Shown: positions 20,651 through 30,570, numbered from the stretch's first letter. The stretch is DNA of 64,000 nucleotides from Pedobacter sp. (GCA_050253415.1 JBFWJC010000001.1:1672679-1736678), one strand, 5' to 3'. Made by a program: numbers and translations. Notes: generated by a model from the sequence alone, not told the origin.

Positions 20651-22873
20651 ATGAAAATTCAGGGGAAAATAACGTCTGTTGGTGTTTTGTTAATAGGCCT
20701 CACTGCCTTAAGTATTGTTTGTGTCGCCCTTTACCAAAAAGAGGTTATCAAACAACAAATTGATTCAGAAATTGTAATTCTTGCAGAGCAAGAAGGTTCC
20801 AAGGTTGCGGAAAATATTTACCTGATGTCTCAGGCAATGGCCGAGTCGGTTACCAAACAGGTGCAATCCAATTTGAACGTGGCTCAGGAAATTCTAGACA
20901 ATGCTGGTGGAATTAGTTCGTCGCAAGAAATGGTGACGTGGGAAGCCGTTAATCAGTTTACTAGTGAAAAGCAGACTGTCGCATTACCCAAGATGATGCT
21001 GGGTAATGAGTGGGTGGGGCAGAATACCGACTCCAGTACTGTCACGCCTCTGGTCGACAAGATGTACGATCTTGTCGGTGGGACGACAACGATATTCCAG
21101 CGTATGAACGAAGATGGCGACATGTTGCGGGTAGCCACCAATGTTCTTAAAACTGATGGCCGCCGCGCCATCGGAACCTTTATCCCTCGTATGAAGAACG
21201 GCAAACCGAATCCGGTTATTGAAGCCGTCCTACGGGGGGAAACTTACATCGGTCGCGCCTATGTGGTTAACGACTGGTACATAACGGCATACAAACCTCT
21301 GTGGGACAGGAACCATAGCCGTGTTGTCGGTGTATTGTATTTCGGAGAAAAACAGGAAAACGTCAAGAGTCTGCGGAAAGGGATTCTTGATATCGTGGTT
21401 GGCAAATCCGGTCATGTCTATGTTGTCGGTGGGACTCAGGACCAGAAAGGAAAAGTTCTTCTTTCCAAGGATAAAAATGAGGAGGGGACGGATCTGTTGT
21501 CGGCTCTCGACCTGAATGGTTCGCCTTACATCCGGAATATCCTGGATAAAGCCACAGCCCTGGATAATTCCGACGGGAAAATAGGGACTTTCGTAGAAAA
21601 ATATGTCCTGGAAGACTCGCAGACCGGTCAACCTTCAACAAAATTAGGCGTCGTGTCCTATTACAAACCGTGGGACTGGGTGATTGTCGCGGAATATGAC
21701 GCCAGGGATATTGAGAATTTGATCGCCAACATGAATGACAATCTCAATACCATGGCAAAGTGGATTATCTTTATCGCCTTGGCGGCGGGGGGACTTACCG
21801 TCGTGGGTGCCGCCTTTGGTGGACGTGCCATTAGCAGGCCGCTGGGCGAGGCGGTTGACATGCTGCAGGCGCTGGAGGCAGGCAAGCTCGACCAACGTCT
21901 TGAGATCAAAAGTAACGACGAAATAGGCCAACTTGCCACCACCATGAACCAATTTGCCGATAACTTGAGTGACGAGATTCTTGCCGCTTTCCAACGATTG
22001 TCCGAGGGTGACTTTACGTTTGAAGCTGCGGGCATGATCAAAGAGCCTTTGGCAAATACTAACCGGGCCTTGAACGAATTGATGGTTCAGATACAAAGGG
22101 CCAGCAGCCAGATTTCTTCAGGTTCCGGGCAGGTTGCCGATAGCAGTCAGGCCCTCTCTCAGGGCGCGACGGAATCCGCCAGCTCCATGGAACAGATCGG
22201 CAGCTCTATGCGCGAACTGGAATCCAAAACCAAAAATAACGCCGATAACGCCGCTCAGGCCAATAACCTGTCCCACAATGCGCGTAAAGCCGCCGAAACA
22301 GGTAAATGCCAGATGGAGGAGATGGTGAGTGCCATGCAGGATATCAATGCTTCCAGTATGGATATCTCCAAGATCATAAAGGTTATCGATGAAATTGCCT
22401 TCCAGACCAACCTGCTCGCCCTGAATGCTGCGGTCGAGGCAGCCCGGGCCGGTCAGCATGGTAAAGGGTTTGCCGTGGTGGCGGAAGAGGTGCGCAATCT
22501 GGCCGCGCGCAGTGCGGTTGCAGCCAAGGAAACGGCCGATTTGATCGAAGGGTCGGTGAATAAAACCGAAAGAGGGGCGAATATTGCTGGCAATGCTGCT
22601 TCAGCACTGAATGAAATCGTTCAGGAAATTACACGCGTGACCGATTTTATCAGCGATATCGCACTCTCCTCCCAGGAACAGGTTCAAGGTATCAGTCAAA
22701 TCAATCAAGGATTGACGCAAATCGATGCTGTGACGCAGCAAAACACAGCGACTGCAGAGGAAAACGCCGCGGTTGCGGAAGAACTCTCCAGTCAGGCCAG
22801 TGCATTACAATACCAGATTTCCCAGTTTAAGCTCAAAGATGAACGAACACCGACTCATTTGTTGCATGGATGA
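20651..22873 (+). CDS. Methyl-accepting chemotaxis protein with periplasmic Cache-type (Cache_3-Cache_2-like) sensor
   Basis: Two TM helices, TIFQRMNEDGDMLRVATNV / GRAYVVNDWYITAYKPL sensor, [24 protein letters not shown] signalling hairpin. Confidence 0.93.
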   Translation: MKIQGKITSVGVLLIGLTALSIVCVALYQKEVIKQQIDSEIVILAEQEGSKVAENIYLMSQAMAESVTKQVQSNLNVAQEILDNAGGISSSQEMVTWEAVNQFTSEKQTVALPKMMLGNEWVGQNTDSSTVTPLVDKMYDLVGGTTTIFQRMNEDGDMLRVATNVLKTDGRRAIGTFIPRMKNGKPNPVIEAVLRGETYIGRAYVVNDWYITAYKPLWDRNHSRVVGVLYFGEKQENVKSLRKGILDIVVGKSGHVYVVGGTQDQKGKVLLSKDKNEEGTDLLSALDLNGSPYIRNILDKATALDNSDGKIGTFVEKYVLEDSQTGQPSTKLGVVSYYKPWDWVIVAEYDARDIENLIANMNDNLNTMAKWIIFIALAAGGLTVVGAAFGGRAISRPLGEAVDMLQALEAGKLDQRLEIKSNDEIGQLATTMNQFADNLSDEILAAFQRLSEGDFTFEAAGMIKEPLANTNRALNELMVQIQRASSQISSGSGQVADSSQALSQGATESASSMEQIGSSMRELESKTKNNADNAAQANNLSHNARKAAETGKCQMEEMVSAMQDINASSMDISKIIKVIDEIAFQTNLLALNAAVEAARAGQHGKGFAVVAEEVRNLAARSAVAAKETADLIEGSVNKTERGANIAGNAASALNEIVQEITRVTDFISDIALSSQEQVQGISQINQGLTQIDAVTQQNTATAEENAAVAEELSSQASALQYQISQFKLKDERTPTHLLHG

Positions 22874-22877
22874 ATTT

Positions 22878-22906
22878 AAAGCGCCTCTTCGGGGCGCTTT
22901 TTTTTT
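22878..22906 (+). terminator. Intrinsic terminator between the convergent MCP and DUF2325 genes
   Basis: AAAGCGCCTC-ttc-GGGGCGCTTT followed by a T run. Confidence 0.8.
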
Positions 22907-22911
22907 GTTAT

Positions 22912-23193
22912 TTAGCGGGGCAGGTGCTGAATTTGTTCAGCCAATTCACTCCAGTTACGGCGGCTATAGACAGCTGGAATGCCAAGTTGTTTGGCCTGGG
23001 ATTTCAGTTTGCGTGCAGCTGTGTGGTGCAGAAAATCAGTGAAAAACAACACCGCGTCGACATGATCCGGAATGGTATTCTTGGCTACCTTGCTGTTGCG
23101 GGCCGGCCAGTGGGTAATGCGGGTGGCTCCTATTTCTTCAAGTCGGGGTATGATTGCACCGATCCGGTCTGCACCAATAATAAGAATGGACAT
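22912..23193 (-). CDS. DUF2325 family protein
   Basis: MSILIIGADRIG...HWPAR...IPDHVDAVLFFTDFLHH...AKQLGIPAVYSRR; start placed at the internal Met. Confidence 0.75.
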   Translation of the reverse strand: MSILIIGADRIGAIIPRLEEIGATRITHWPARNSKVAKNTIPDHVDAVLFFTDFLHHTAARKLKSQAKQLGIPAVYSRRNWSELAEQIQHLPR

Positions 23194-23257
23194 AACACCT
23201 ATTCCTTTTGATTGTAAAATCTGTGATAGTTTGCACCTGTCGTTAACCTTACAGAAA

Positions 23258-23274
23258 TTGAAAACCGTTTTCAA
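23258..23274. promoter_or_regulatory. Candidate Fur-type box
   Basis: TTGAAAA-CCG-TTTTCAA palindrome about 65 bp upstream of the DUF2325 gene; resembles the deltaproteobacterial Fur consensus WTGAAAATNATTTTCAW. Confidence 0.55.
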
Positions 23275-23346
23275 GTAAATAAAATTCGAATGCAATAGGA
23301 AAAGGTCTGAATGTCCATTGGGGGATGAAGCTATAGGCAGGCGGTT

Positions 23347-23375
23347 GATGCGGGGGAGACGGGCGCCCCCGCATC
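23347..23375 (-). terminator. GC-rich hairpin downstream of ppnP
   Basis: GATGCGGGGG...CCCCCGCATC 10-bp stem. Confidence 0.55.
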
Positions 23376-23386
23376 GTTATAATTGT

Positions 23387-23701
23387 TTATTTCAGGTAGG
23401 AACAGCAGTAGTCGGCGACTTCTTTAACCTTGAGGGAAAACTTGGAATTGGCCGGTACCTCGAAGCTCTGGCCTTCACTGAAGGTCTGCCATGAATCGGC
23501 GCCGGGCAACAGTACTTCCATGGAACCGCCGAGCATTTCCATGATTTCGGCTGCTGCGGTATCAAATTCGTAGTCTCCCGGCATCATGATGCCAAGGGTT
23601 TTTTTAGTGCCATCGGCAAACATGACAGTGCGACTGGTAACTTTTCCGTCAAAATAAACATTGGCTTTTTTGATGATGGTGACATTTTTGAATTCTGACA
23701 T
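23387..23701 (-). CDS. ppnP: Pyrimidine/purine nucleoside phosphorylase (DUF1255)
   Basis: [14 protein letters not shown]...[13 protein letters not shown]...FEVPANSKF...YCCSY. Confidence 0.88.
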   Translation of the reverse strand: MSEFKNVTIIKKANVYFDGKVTSRTVMFADGTKKTLGIMMPGDYEFDTAAAEIMEMLGGSMEVLLPGADSWQTFSEGQSFEVPANSKFSLKVKEVADYCCSYLK

Positions 23702-24181
23702 GGGTCTGCTCTCCTGACATGGTATGAATGAAATATCCTGTCCCGATAGAGGGGAAGGGAATGTTTATAAAAAGCGGCTACACGAACGCCTGAATCATGG
23801 TTTGACTGTTCGCGAAAGTCAAATAAAACCTTGCTTCTTGTAAAAAATTGCCGGAAAAATCAGTCGACGGCGGTTTGGCGTGTGGTGCAACCGGAATAAC
23901 ATTCTTGATGTCAGAAGAAGGAGATTATTGCCTCATCCAACCATCACCTCTTATTTCAAAATCGCCGCACGTTCTTGTATCAAAACCATTCCACACGCTG
24001 TTGGCATGGGCGGCATTCAGGTACCTGATATATCCCTGGGAACAGTTTTGATTTACCAAATACGACAGCCTAACTCTTTAGAATCAAGTTGGGCCGTTTA
24101 GTGATTTGGAAATGGCAAATTATAGGAAGGCCGAACAGTAAACGTCGCACCTTCGAAGTCTAATCCTGTAGCTCTCGAGGT

Positions 24182-25126
24182 TCACGGCGCCGATGGCTCC
24201 GTCTCGATTTGCCTCTGGAGTCTCTCCTGGTTTTTATACTCTTTTGTCTTGATAGTAAGGTAATCCTCCCTATCCAGTTCATAAAGTTGTTGCCTGTAGC
24301 GATTCGTAAGATCGTTCCAATCGTCGATTCTCATCTTGAAACGACTTTCCTCCGGATAGTGCAATGTTTCCATGAAGGATTGGATCGCGAAATAGTACCG
24401 CGCAGCGTTGCGCTCAAGCGCCCCGCGGGGCCCATGGATATAGACGGGGTTTCCGTCATGATCTGTGCCGGTTATGGTGAAACCGACCTTGTCCCGACCG
24501 AGTGTCGCAAAATAGATTTTTTCCGCGAGGCGAAAGACAAAACTGTCACTGTATGCATATCTGACATGAGCAAAAGTCCTTCCCCCGTCAAGAGGCAGGG
24601 CCTCAAACCTCATCAGGTGATCTTTCGTACCCAAAGGACCTTCCTCGGCACTGAGAACGATATTCAGAAAATCAGGTTGTTGATCGACTTTTCGGTAATG
24701 GTAAATGATTTCATGCGCATCTTCTGGCGCTTTATACACCTTGCGTCCAACGTAAAGGGTCAGCAGCCACTCATCCTGCAGCTCCCGGTACGTACAGGCC
24801 TTGACATTCGGGTGCAGAAATAATATTTCGCACCAGTTTGCCGGAACCTTGACCACGTCGGCGACGCCACCGTAAGGATAATCAAAAACCCCGTAGACAT
24901 CCACCGTCACTCTATGGTCGCGTTCAAAAGACTCAAGAAATAGAGGAAAACCAAAACTGTTTCTCTCCAATGCCGGCATGTTCCTGTGGTAGGTATCGCG
25001 CAGGATGTCCCGTTCCCGCGGGGGTTGTTCGACTGCTGGCGCCAAATCGGCAGAAAAAAGAAACGCCGTTGCCACCATGCACAAGAATAATTTCGAAAGT
25101 TTTCTGAACGCCATCATCTGATTCAC
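24182..25126 (-). CDS. Exported hypothetical protein (possible START-like fold)
   Basis: 314-aa ORF with signal-peptide-like N-terminus; NWCEILFLHPNVKAC and RGALERNAARYYFAI segments look conserved; co-oriented with the upstream small genes. Confidence 0.7.
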   Translation of the reverse strand: MNQMMAFRKLSKLFLCMVATAFLFSADLAPAVEQPPRERDILRDTYHRNMPALERNSFGFPLFLESFERDHRVTVDVYGVFDYPYGGVADVVKVPANWCEILFLHPNVKACTYRELQDEWLLTLYVGRKVYKAPEDAHEIIYHYRKVDQQPDFLNIVLSAEEGPLGTKDHLMRFEALPLDGGRTFAHVRYAYSDSFVFRLAEKIYFATLGRDKVGFTITGTDHDGNPVYIHGPRGALERNAARYYFAIQSFMETLHYPEESRFKMRIDDWNDLTNRYRQQLYELDREDYLTIKTKEYKNQERLQRQIETEPSAP

Positions 25127-25332
25127 TTTTCCGGCGATAAACCGCCCCTCAGCGGAAAGGCTTTCTCGGGCTGCATGAGGCAGGATAGATCACCACTTCG
25201 TTGCCGGCTGTTGCATAAGAGCAGCAGCCGGCAATATTCCCTGGGGCTGCACATTGTTCTGCGGATCTTTAACTCCCTGGTCCTACGGGCATAAAGACAT
25301 CATGAACGGATACCCCAAACAAGCCATCGGGG

Positions 25333-25647
25333 CTATCTTACAATCAGGTTGTTTTTTACAGCCACGACACCGTTGACGCCCCGGGCAACTTCTTCAGCCC
25401 TTATGGCATGTTGGCGCGAATCGACAAAACCGCTTAACTGAACTTCCCCTTTGAAGGTCTCGACGTTGATCTGCAAGACTTTCAGCTCTGAATCTGCAAA
25501 GATTGCGGTTTTTACCTTGGTGGTAATTACCGTATCATCAATATATTCACCGGTTCCTTCTTGTTTACTTGTGGAAGCACATCCCACGAATGTGGCCAAC
25601 AGTACTAAACAAACAAGTAATCCTACAATGCGATGCTTCTTTAACAT
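25333..25647 (-). CDS. BON domain lipoprotein (OsmY-like)
   Basis: Lipobox FVGC; GEYIDDTVITTKVK...INVETFKGEVQLSGFVDS...GVVAVKNNL. Confidence 0.9.
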   Translation of the reverse strand: MLKKHRIVGLLVCLVLLATFVGCASTSKQEGTGEYIDDTVITTKVKTAIFADSELKVLQINVETFKGEVQLSGFVDSRQHAIRAEEVARGVNGVVAVKNNLIVR

Positions 25648-25687
25648 GATTATTGCTCCTTTTGTTGGTTGAATATTGCGTTTACTT

Positions 25688-26011
25688 TCATTCTACGCGC
25701 ACCTCTTTTACTCTTTCCCATCCCGCCACGGACGCAATTGTGCTAAACGTAACGTCAGGCTCTTTGTCGAGCAGTTTCATGGCTCCGACCAGAACACCGA
25801 AAAGAACGGACCGCAGATGGGTCTCCAGGTCCTCCCCGCTCTGCCACTCCTCCTTGAACAAAATGGTGGTTTCAGCTTCAACATCCACGTAGCAATTACA
25901 ACTCAGACAGCCATTCTCGCGTCGGATTGGCCCGAGTATCGCGGTAAGGGTTTGCAGGACCTCTTTTCTCTTTTCGCGTGACACGGTCATTTTAATCGTG
26001 GCGTCGATCAT
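25688..26011 (-). CDS. Antibiotic biosynthesis monooxygenase (ABM)-fold protein
   Basis: IRRENGCLSC...EEWQSGEDLETHLRS pattern. Confidence 0.75.
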   Translation of the reverse strand: MIDATIKMTVSREKRKEVLQTLTAILGPIRRENGCLSCNCYVDVEAETTILFKEEWQSGEDLETHLRSVLFGVLVGAMKLLDKEPDVTFSTIASVAGWERVKEVRVE

Positions 26012-26049
26012 AGGCTTTCACCTTGGGTGATAAAACAATTGGGAGATCT

Positions 26050-26250
26050 CTACCCCACATGAATCGAAGACAGGTAACTTAACAGTCCAAAAACTTTCAA
26101 GAGCCACAAGATCACGACAATGACCACAACGGCGTTCAAGATTGTCTTTATGGATCCCGCCATAGGGATAAATCGATTAACGAGCCAAAGCAGAACACCA
26201 ACCACAATCAGGGCCACTATTATTTGAATTAACGGCATGAGCTGATTCAC
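26050..26250 (-). CDS. Small two-helix membrane protein (Thivi_2564-like)
   Basis: LIVVGVLLWLVNRFIPMAGSIKTILNAVVVIVVILWLL; GGAGG RBS; true start may be 26238. Confidence 0.75.
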   Translation of the reverse strand: MNQLMPLIQIIVALIVVGVLLWLVNRFIPMAGSIKTILNAVVVIVVILWLLKVFGLLSYLSSIHVG

Positions 26251-26401
26251 CTCCCTCTGTTGATCGTGGAAACAGACTCCATAGGACCTCTACCGATTGT
26301 GCGGACAGCTTCACCCATGATCACTTCCTTCGCACCGGTACAAGCAAGCGTGCAGAGCGACGAAGAGATTGGGGTAAAGAGCAGTTTCGGATGAAAACCA
26401 A

Positions 26402-26557
26402 CTAAATTCGACCCAACAGTAACAGGATGATCAGAATCAAAAGCACCAATCCAAGCCCGCCACTGGGATAGTACCCCCACTTCCGGCTGTGAGGCCAAGT
26501 GGGCAACGCTCCCAGAAACAGCAAAACCAGAACGATGATCAAAATTGTTCCTAACAT
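26402..26557 (-). CDS. DUF3309 family small membrane protein (51 aa, absent from the ORF track)
   Basis: Manual translation MLGTILIIVLVLLFLGALPTWPHSRKWGYYPSGGLGLVLLILIILLLLGRI; AAGGA RBS. Confidence 0.88.
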   Translation of the reverse strand: MLGTILIIVLVLLFLGALPTWPHSRKWGYYPSGGLGLVLLILIILLLLGRI

Positions 26558-26664
26558 GGCGTTTTCCTTTCATCAGAGAACAATCTGCTTGCGTGACAGT
26601 TCAGCTACCCGGTCTGCCTTTTGCAAAAAGTCCGACCAGCTCCCTGGCTCGCATAAAAATAAAT

Positions 26665-26680
26665 TGCAACTACCGGACCA
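26665..26680 (-). promoter_or_regulatory. Sigma54 (-24/-12) promoter
   Basis: TGGTCCGGTAGTTGCA on the minus strand, with exact GG-N10-GC spacing. Confidence 0.7.
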
Positions 26681-26706
26681 GAGAAGGAAGGCGGCCACTG
26701 CGAGTC

Positions 26707-26719
26707 TAAGGGTTTGATT
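26707..26719 (-). promoter_or_regulatory. IHF-binding site
   Basis: AATCAAACCCTTA matches WATCAANNNNTTR and lies between the enhancer sites and the sigma54 promoter. Confidence 0.55.
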
Positions 26720-26778
26720 ATACGTAGAAAAAATAGAGGAGTAGCGGACGAAAGGGAGGTAAACCGTCAGCGCAGCCC

Positions 26779-26808
26779 GCCATATTTGACGTAACTGCCA
26801 TATGTGGC
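26779..26808. promoter_or_regulatory. Tandem palindromic enhancer (UAS) sites
   Basis: GCCATATTTGAC and GCCATATGTGGC, starts offset by 18 bp, 100-130 bp upstream of the sigma54 promoter. Confidence 0.55.
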
Positions 26809-26844
26809 GGATCAGCATGAGGGAAACGCTCTGCCCGTTTAACT

Positions 26845-28566
26845 TTATGGTCGGTGGATGTCGTATTTCCGCATCCGGGCGCGAAGAGTGCTGGGGTTGA
26901 GGCCAAGGAGTACCGCCGCCCCGTTTTCCCCCTCGATCCGCCATCCGGTTTTCTGGAGCACCCGGACTATGTGGTCGCGTTCCAGTTCGGCGAGGGCTTT
27001 CATGTCCTGCTCCGGCAAATCTCCGGTTTTTAGGAAAGTGTCAAACCTGTCCAGTACCTGCAACAGGGGCCCCTGACTGGTGATTACTGACCGCTCGATG
27101 ACACTTTCCAACTCCCGCACGTTGCCGGGCCAGGAGTATTGCTGGAGGGCACAGAGCGTTTCTTTCGATACGGCCTCTATCTTCTTGCCCATTTTCTTGT
27201 TGAATTTGGCCACGAAATAATGGACGAGCAGCGGGATGTCTTCCTTGCGCTGCCGCAGCGGCGGGATCGTGATGGGAAAAACATTGAGCCTGTAGAACAG
27301 ATCTTGCCGAAACCTGCCGTTGCGGATCTCTTCCTCCAGATTCCGGTTGGTGGTGGCGATGATCCGCACATTGACTTTGATGGTGTGGGGACTGCCCAGG
27401 CGCTCGAACTCACCATCCTGAATGACCCGAAGTAGTTTGCACTGCAACTCCAGTGGCATCTCGCCGATTTCGTCGAGGAGTATGGTGCCGCCGTGGGCCA
27501 GCTCAAAGCGCCCGATCTGCCGGACGTTCGCCCCGGTGAATGCACCCTTCTCCCGCCCGAAGAGCTCGCTTTCGATGAGGTTTGCCGGCAGTGCCGTGCA
27601 GTTGACGGTGATCATCGGCCGGTCCCTGCGGGAACTTCTGCCGTGAATGGCGCGTGCTACCACACCCTTGCCGGTGCCGGTCTCGCCAAGCAGGAGAACT
27701 GTTGCGTCCTGGGGCGCCACTTGTTCGATGCGGAAGAATACATACGCGATGGCGTCGCTTTGACCGATGATCTCGCTGAAATTATGCTCCCCGGAAACCT
27801 GCTGTCGCAGATAAACGTTCTCAGCCTGGAGCCGGTCTTTTAACTCCTTGATTTGGGCAAGCGCCCCCCGGAGTGACTCTTCAGTCCCCTTGCGCATATC
27901 TATTTCCCGCAAAAGCAGCGCCTTCGCCCTGGTCAGCTCTTTAGTCCGCTGAAGCACGGTCAGCTCCAGCTTGTCATGGGCATCGCGGAGCGCCGATTCC
28001 ATCTGATTGTGACGTGTGCTGTCAATGATCGAGGTAAGGATAGAAACTTCCTTGTCTTCGGTTTCTCCCACCGCTACGCTCTGCAATTGTCCGTGGGTCA
28101 CCGTACCGTCTTTTCCCACAAATCGGAGCTCACAGCGCTGCATGCCCTGTCTTTGCAAAACACTTTCGATATGACGGGAAAAACTCTCTTTCCCCGCCGC
28201 ATCGGCAATAAAACGGTTAAGGGGTTTATTGACCAACTGCCGCCGCTCAACTCCCAAGAGCTGCGCGCCGACGATATTCACCTCCTGAATCCGTCCGCGC
28301 ACGTCAAGGGTGAAATAGCCGACAGGTGCCAGGTCATAGAGTTCGGCATATTTGTTCTGCGTTACCTGAAGCTCATTTCGAACCCGACGCAGTTCTTCGT
28401 TCTGCATCTCCAGCTCAACCTGGTGTACCTGCAGTTCATGGAGGTGGCGGCGCAGATCGGCGCCGCTCCGGGGAAGACTCTCCTTTGTGTCTTTCGACCT
28501 CAGCTGCGCTTCAACGCAGCGGCGCAGTTCAGCAGCCTTGTCCGATGAGCTTTCTTCTTTTTTCAC
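26845..28566 (-). CDS. Sigma54-dependent enhancer-binding protein (PAS + AAA+ + Fis HTH; FhlA/NifA-like)
   Basis: [63 protein letters not shown]-terminal PAS, no receiver domain. Confidence 0.93.
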   Translation of the reverse strand: MKKEESSSDKAAELRRCVEAQLRSKDTKESLPRSGADLRRHLHELQVHQVELEMQNEELRRVRNELQVTQNKYAELYDLAPVGYFTLDVRGRIQEVNIVGAQLLGVERRQLVNKPLNRFIADAAGKESFSRHIESVLQRQGMQRCELRFVGKDGTVTHGQLQSVAVGETEDKEVSILTSIIDSTRHNQMESALRDAHDKLELTVLQRTKELTRAKALLLREIDMRKGTEESLRGALAQIKELKDRLQAENVYLRQQVSGEHNFSEIIGQSDAIAYVFFRIEQVAPQDATVLLLGETGTGKGVVARAIHGRSSRRDRPMITVNCTALPANLIESELFGREKGAFTGANVRQIGRFELAHGGTILLDEIGEMPLELQCKLLRVIQDGEFERLGSPHTIKVNVRIIATTNRNLEEEIRNGRFRQDLFYRLNVFPITIPPLRQRKEDIPLLVHYFVAKFNKKMGKKIEAVSKETLCALQQYSWPGNVRELESVIERSVITSQGPLLQVLDRFDTFLKTGDLPEQDMKALAELERDHIVRVLQKTGWRIEGENGAAVLLGLNPSTLRARMRKYDIHRP

Positions 28567-28721
28567 GCGTGACCTCGCCTCACAAGCCTGTATCGTGTGC
28601 CGTGCTCCCCCCCCTGAAAAAAGTCGCAGTCGATGAGGATTCGCTTCCTTGCACTTTCAATCATGTGGCAGGAGCCGGTTACATCCTGATCGGCACAGTG
28701 GAATGACAGTTTTATGGGCAT
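28563..28721 (-). pseudogene. N-terminal remnant of a beta-CASP/MBL-fold ribonuclease
   Basis: IKLSFHCADQDVTGSCHMIESARKRILIDCDFFQG resembles MKLSFHGAAxxVTGSCHL...ILIDCGxFQG and is truncated after about 38 residues. Confidence 0.7.
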
Positions 28722-28922
28722 CTCCTTAATAAGCGTACCACAGACAGGCACTGCAGGCATCCTGTCGGGAATCCGTTTAACCGGTAAATGCGGATATGCT
28801 GGATTAGTAATGGGGGTAAGGTCATGGTGATGGCCTGCCAGTCATGGAAATTTTCTGCAAGCACTGTATTTCCGACGCTACTTATTTGAATTGGAAATCC
28901 TAGTTCGGTGACTCTTTAAGAG

Positions 28923-28954
28923 AAAAGCCCACCGGTTCGCCTGGTGGGCCTTTC
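28923..28954 (-). terminator. Intrinsic terminator downstream of the RelA/SpoT-domain gene
   Basis: AAAGCCCACCGG...CTGGTGGGCCTTT hairpin. Confidence 0.6.
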
Positions 28955-29049
28955 ATGTCTGATGGGCGGTGATTTACGGGACGACTTGGGCGGTGAATCG
29001 AGATCTTTTATAATGATCGGGGCTATTCACGGCTCCTTCTGGTGATAAA

Positions 29050-30132
29050 TTAGGCATAGTCCCCCCGGTATGTTGTCAGCCATCCCTTAAAGCGATCTTT
29101 TGGCCCCTTGGATAAAATCCGATTGAAGGTTTCCTGGTCGTAGAGATACAGACAGTGCCGGATCAATGTGTAGGGACTGAAGGTGTTGTCCGGGTTCTGT
29201 GCCATGAAATAATCGCTATAATCTCTGACGGTTTTCAGATTCTCATTCAAGCTTTTGTGCAGATCCGACTTTTGAAAACCACTATCCAGTTTCAGAATGT
29301 CCTGGACGAAATCGTCAACTTTATAGTCTTCAAATTCAAAATCCCTGAAAAAATGTCCCGCCACACGCAGAAAGCTAAAAGCATTGACAGTTTTTTCACT
29401 GACCGCCGTTGCAGGCTGCCCTGAAATCTCCCTGCTGTCATCAAGGGGATCGCTGATCGAAGCCACCGTGGCTTGCTGGATGAGCTCCGTGGTGGCGTTG
29501 CGGATCTCTTTGAACTCACGGTCGGCCAACTCAAACAGTGCGGAGAGAACATTGATCCTGCGTTTGAGGTCATTGGGGATCGATTTTTTGTATTTGATTT
29601 TGTGGTCCAGCACACTCCAGGCATCCTGTATCAAAGACCTGATCTGCACTTCGAAGGGATAGTCGGCATACTGCTGGTATTTCGGCAAGGAGCTCATCCG
29701 ATCGTTCAGGGCAAGGTCCATGTGCAGGCCTTTGTAGCCAAACGAATCCTCTGTACTCTCAACGGCCGAGATCTTGTCGGTGACGTCGATAATCTTGAAG
29801 TGTTGCTTCAACACATCAGACACCATTTCAATCTGGTCCTCATAGAGGCAGATGATACGGATGCCGATCAGGTCGGAAAGGTAGTCTTTGATCTCGTATG
29901 GATGTTCATCCGCTTCGAGTTTGCTTTGATATTTTCGGTGAAATTTTTTAATGCACTCCTCTTTATCCTTGACCCGTCCTTCGATTTTTGTCACCTCGCC
30001 GATATCAGTCCCCTTGAGTGACGATCTGATAATGCGTATATAGGCCCTCCTGGCATTCTCCAAGAGTTTACAATTGCTGTCGTAGAATTTCCGGAAGGAA
30101 TCTTTTTCCTTTTCAAAGTCCAGAGAGGCCAA
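29050..30132 (-). CDS. RelA/SpoT-domain protein (small alarmone synthetase-like) with extra C-terminal region
   Basis: GRVKD...DLIGIRII...GYKGLH...FEVQIRSLIQDAWSVLDHKIKYK synthetase motifs; TTG start after AAGGAG. Confidence 0.85.
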   Translation of the reverse strand: MASLDFEKEKDSFRKFYDSNCKLLENARRAYIRIIRSSLKGTDIGEVTKIEGRVKDKEECIKKFHRKYQSKLEADEHPYEIKDYLSDLIGIRIICLYEDQIEMVSDVLKQHFKIIDVTDKISAVESTEDSFGYKGLHMDLALNDRMSSLPKYQQYADYPFEVQIRSLIQDAWSVLDHKIKYKKSIPNDLKRRINVLSALFELADREFKEIRNATTELIQQATVASISDPLDDSREISGQPATAVSEKTVNAFSFLRVAGHFFRDFEFEDYKVDDFVQDILKLDSGFQKSDLHKSLNENLKTVRDYSDYFMAQNPDNTFSPYTLIRHCLYLYDQETFNRILSKGPKDRFKGWLTTYRGDYA

Positions 30133-30503
30133 GATTGGCTCCTTATCCGTTAACGTACCATGGAGACTTCGTGTCATCCCATTGCACTTATTGCAAGGCC
30201 GAAGAATGGAGATTGACTAGTCACTAGTCTTCCAGGCACTCTTGCGTTATAAAACTGACTTCCAAGTGACCCAATTAACAATAAAAGCCACCTTCATTAC
30301 TATAGGTGGTTTTCACTTCCTTTCATTATCCCCTCCTGGTCATCTCCACAAATCTGCATAAATAAGACCGTGCCAATTTAACCTCGTCGGAAATTAACGT
30401 CAAAGTGAATCGCTCTTAGATTCTTAGACATTCCTTTTTGTGGATGTGGTTTGGGGTAGCCTCACCCAGAATTTCGACAGATTAATATTGCGGGATCTTT
30501 GTG

Positions 30504-30532
30504 TTGACCATAGCGGTGGTACCGCCTATAGT
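30504..30532 (+). promoter_or_regulatory. Sigma70-type promoter
   Basis: TTGACC-17 bp-TATAGT, 38 bp upstream of the ATG at 30571. Confidence 0.55.
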
Positions 30533-30570
30533 TTCGACATTGAAGTAATCTCATAAAAAGGGAGGTCTGC

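Noticed and set aside
23848..24101. Short plus-strand ORFs with an AAGGAG-like site
   Set aside because: No recognisable motif or coding signature; cannot be supported without a search.
26622..26638. Second sigma54-like site TGGTCGGACTTTTTGC
   Set aside because: Spacing is GG-N11-GC, one base too long.
30355..30376. TTGGCACG -24 element upstream of the RelA/SpoT-domain gene
   Set aside because: No GC at the -12 position.
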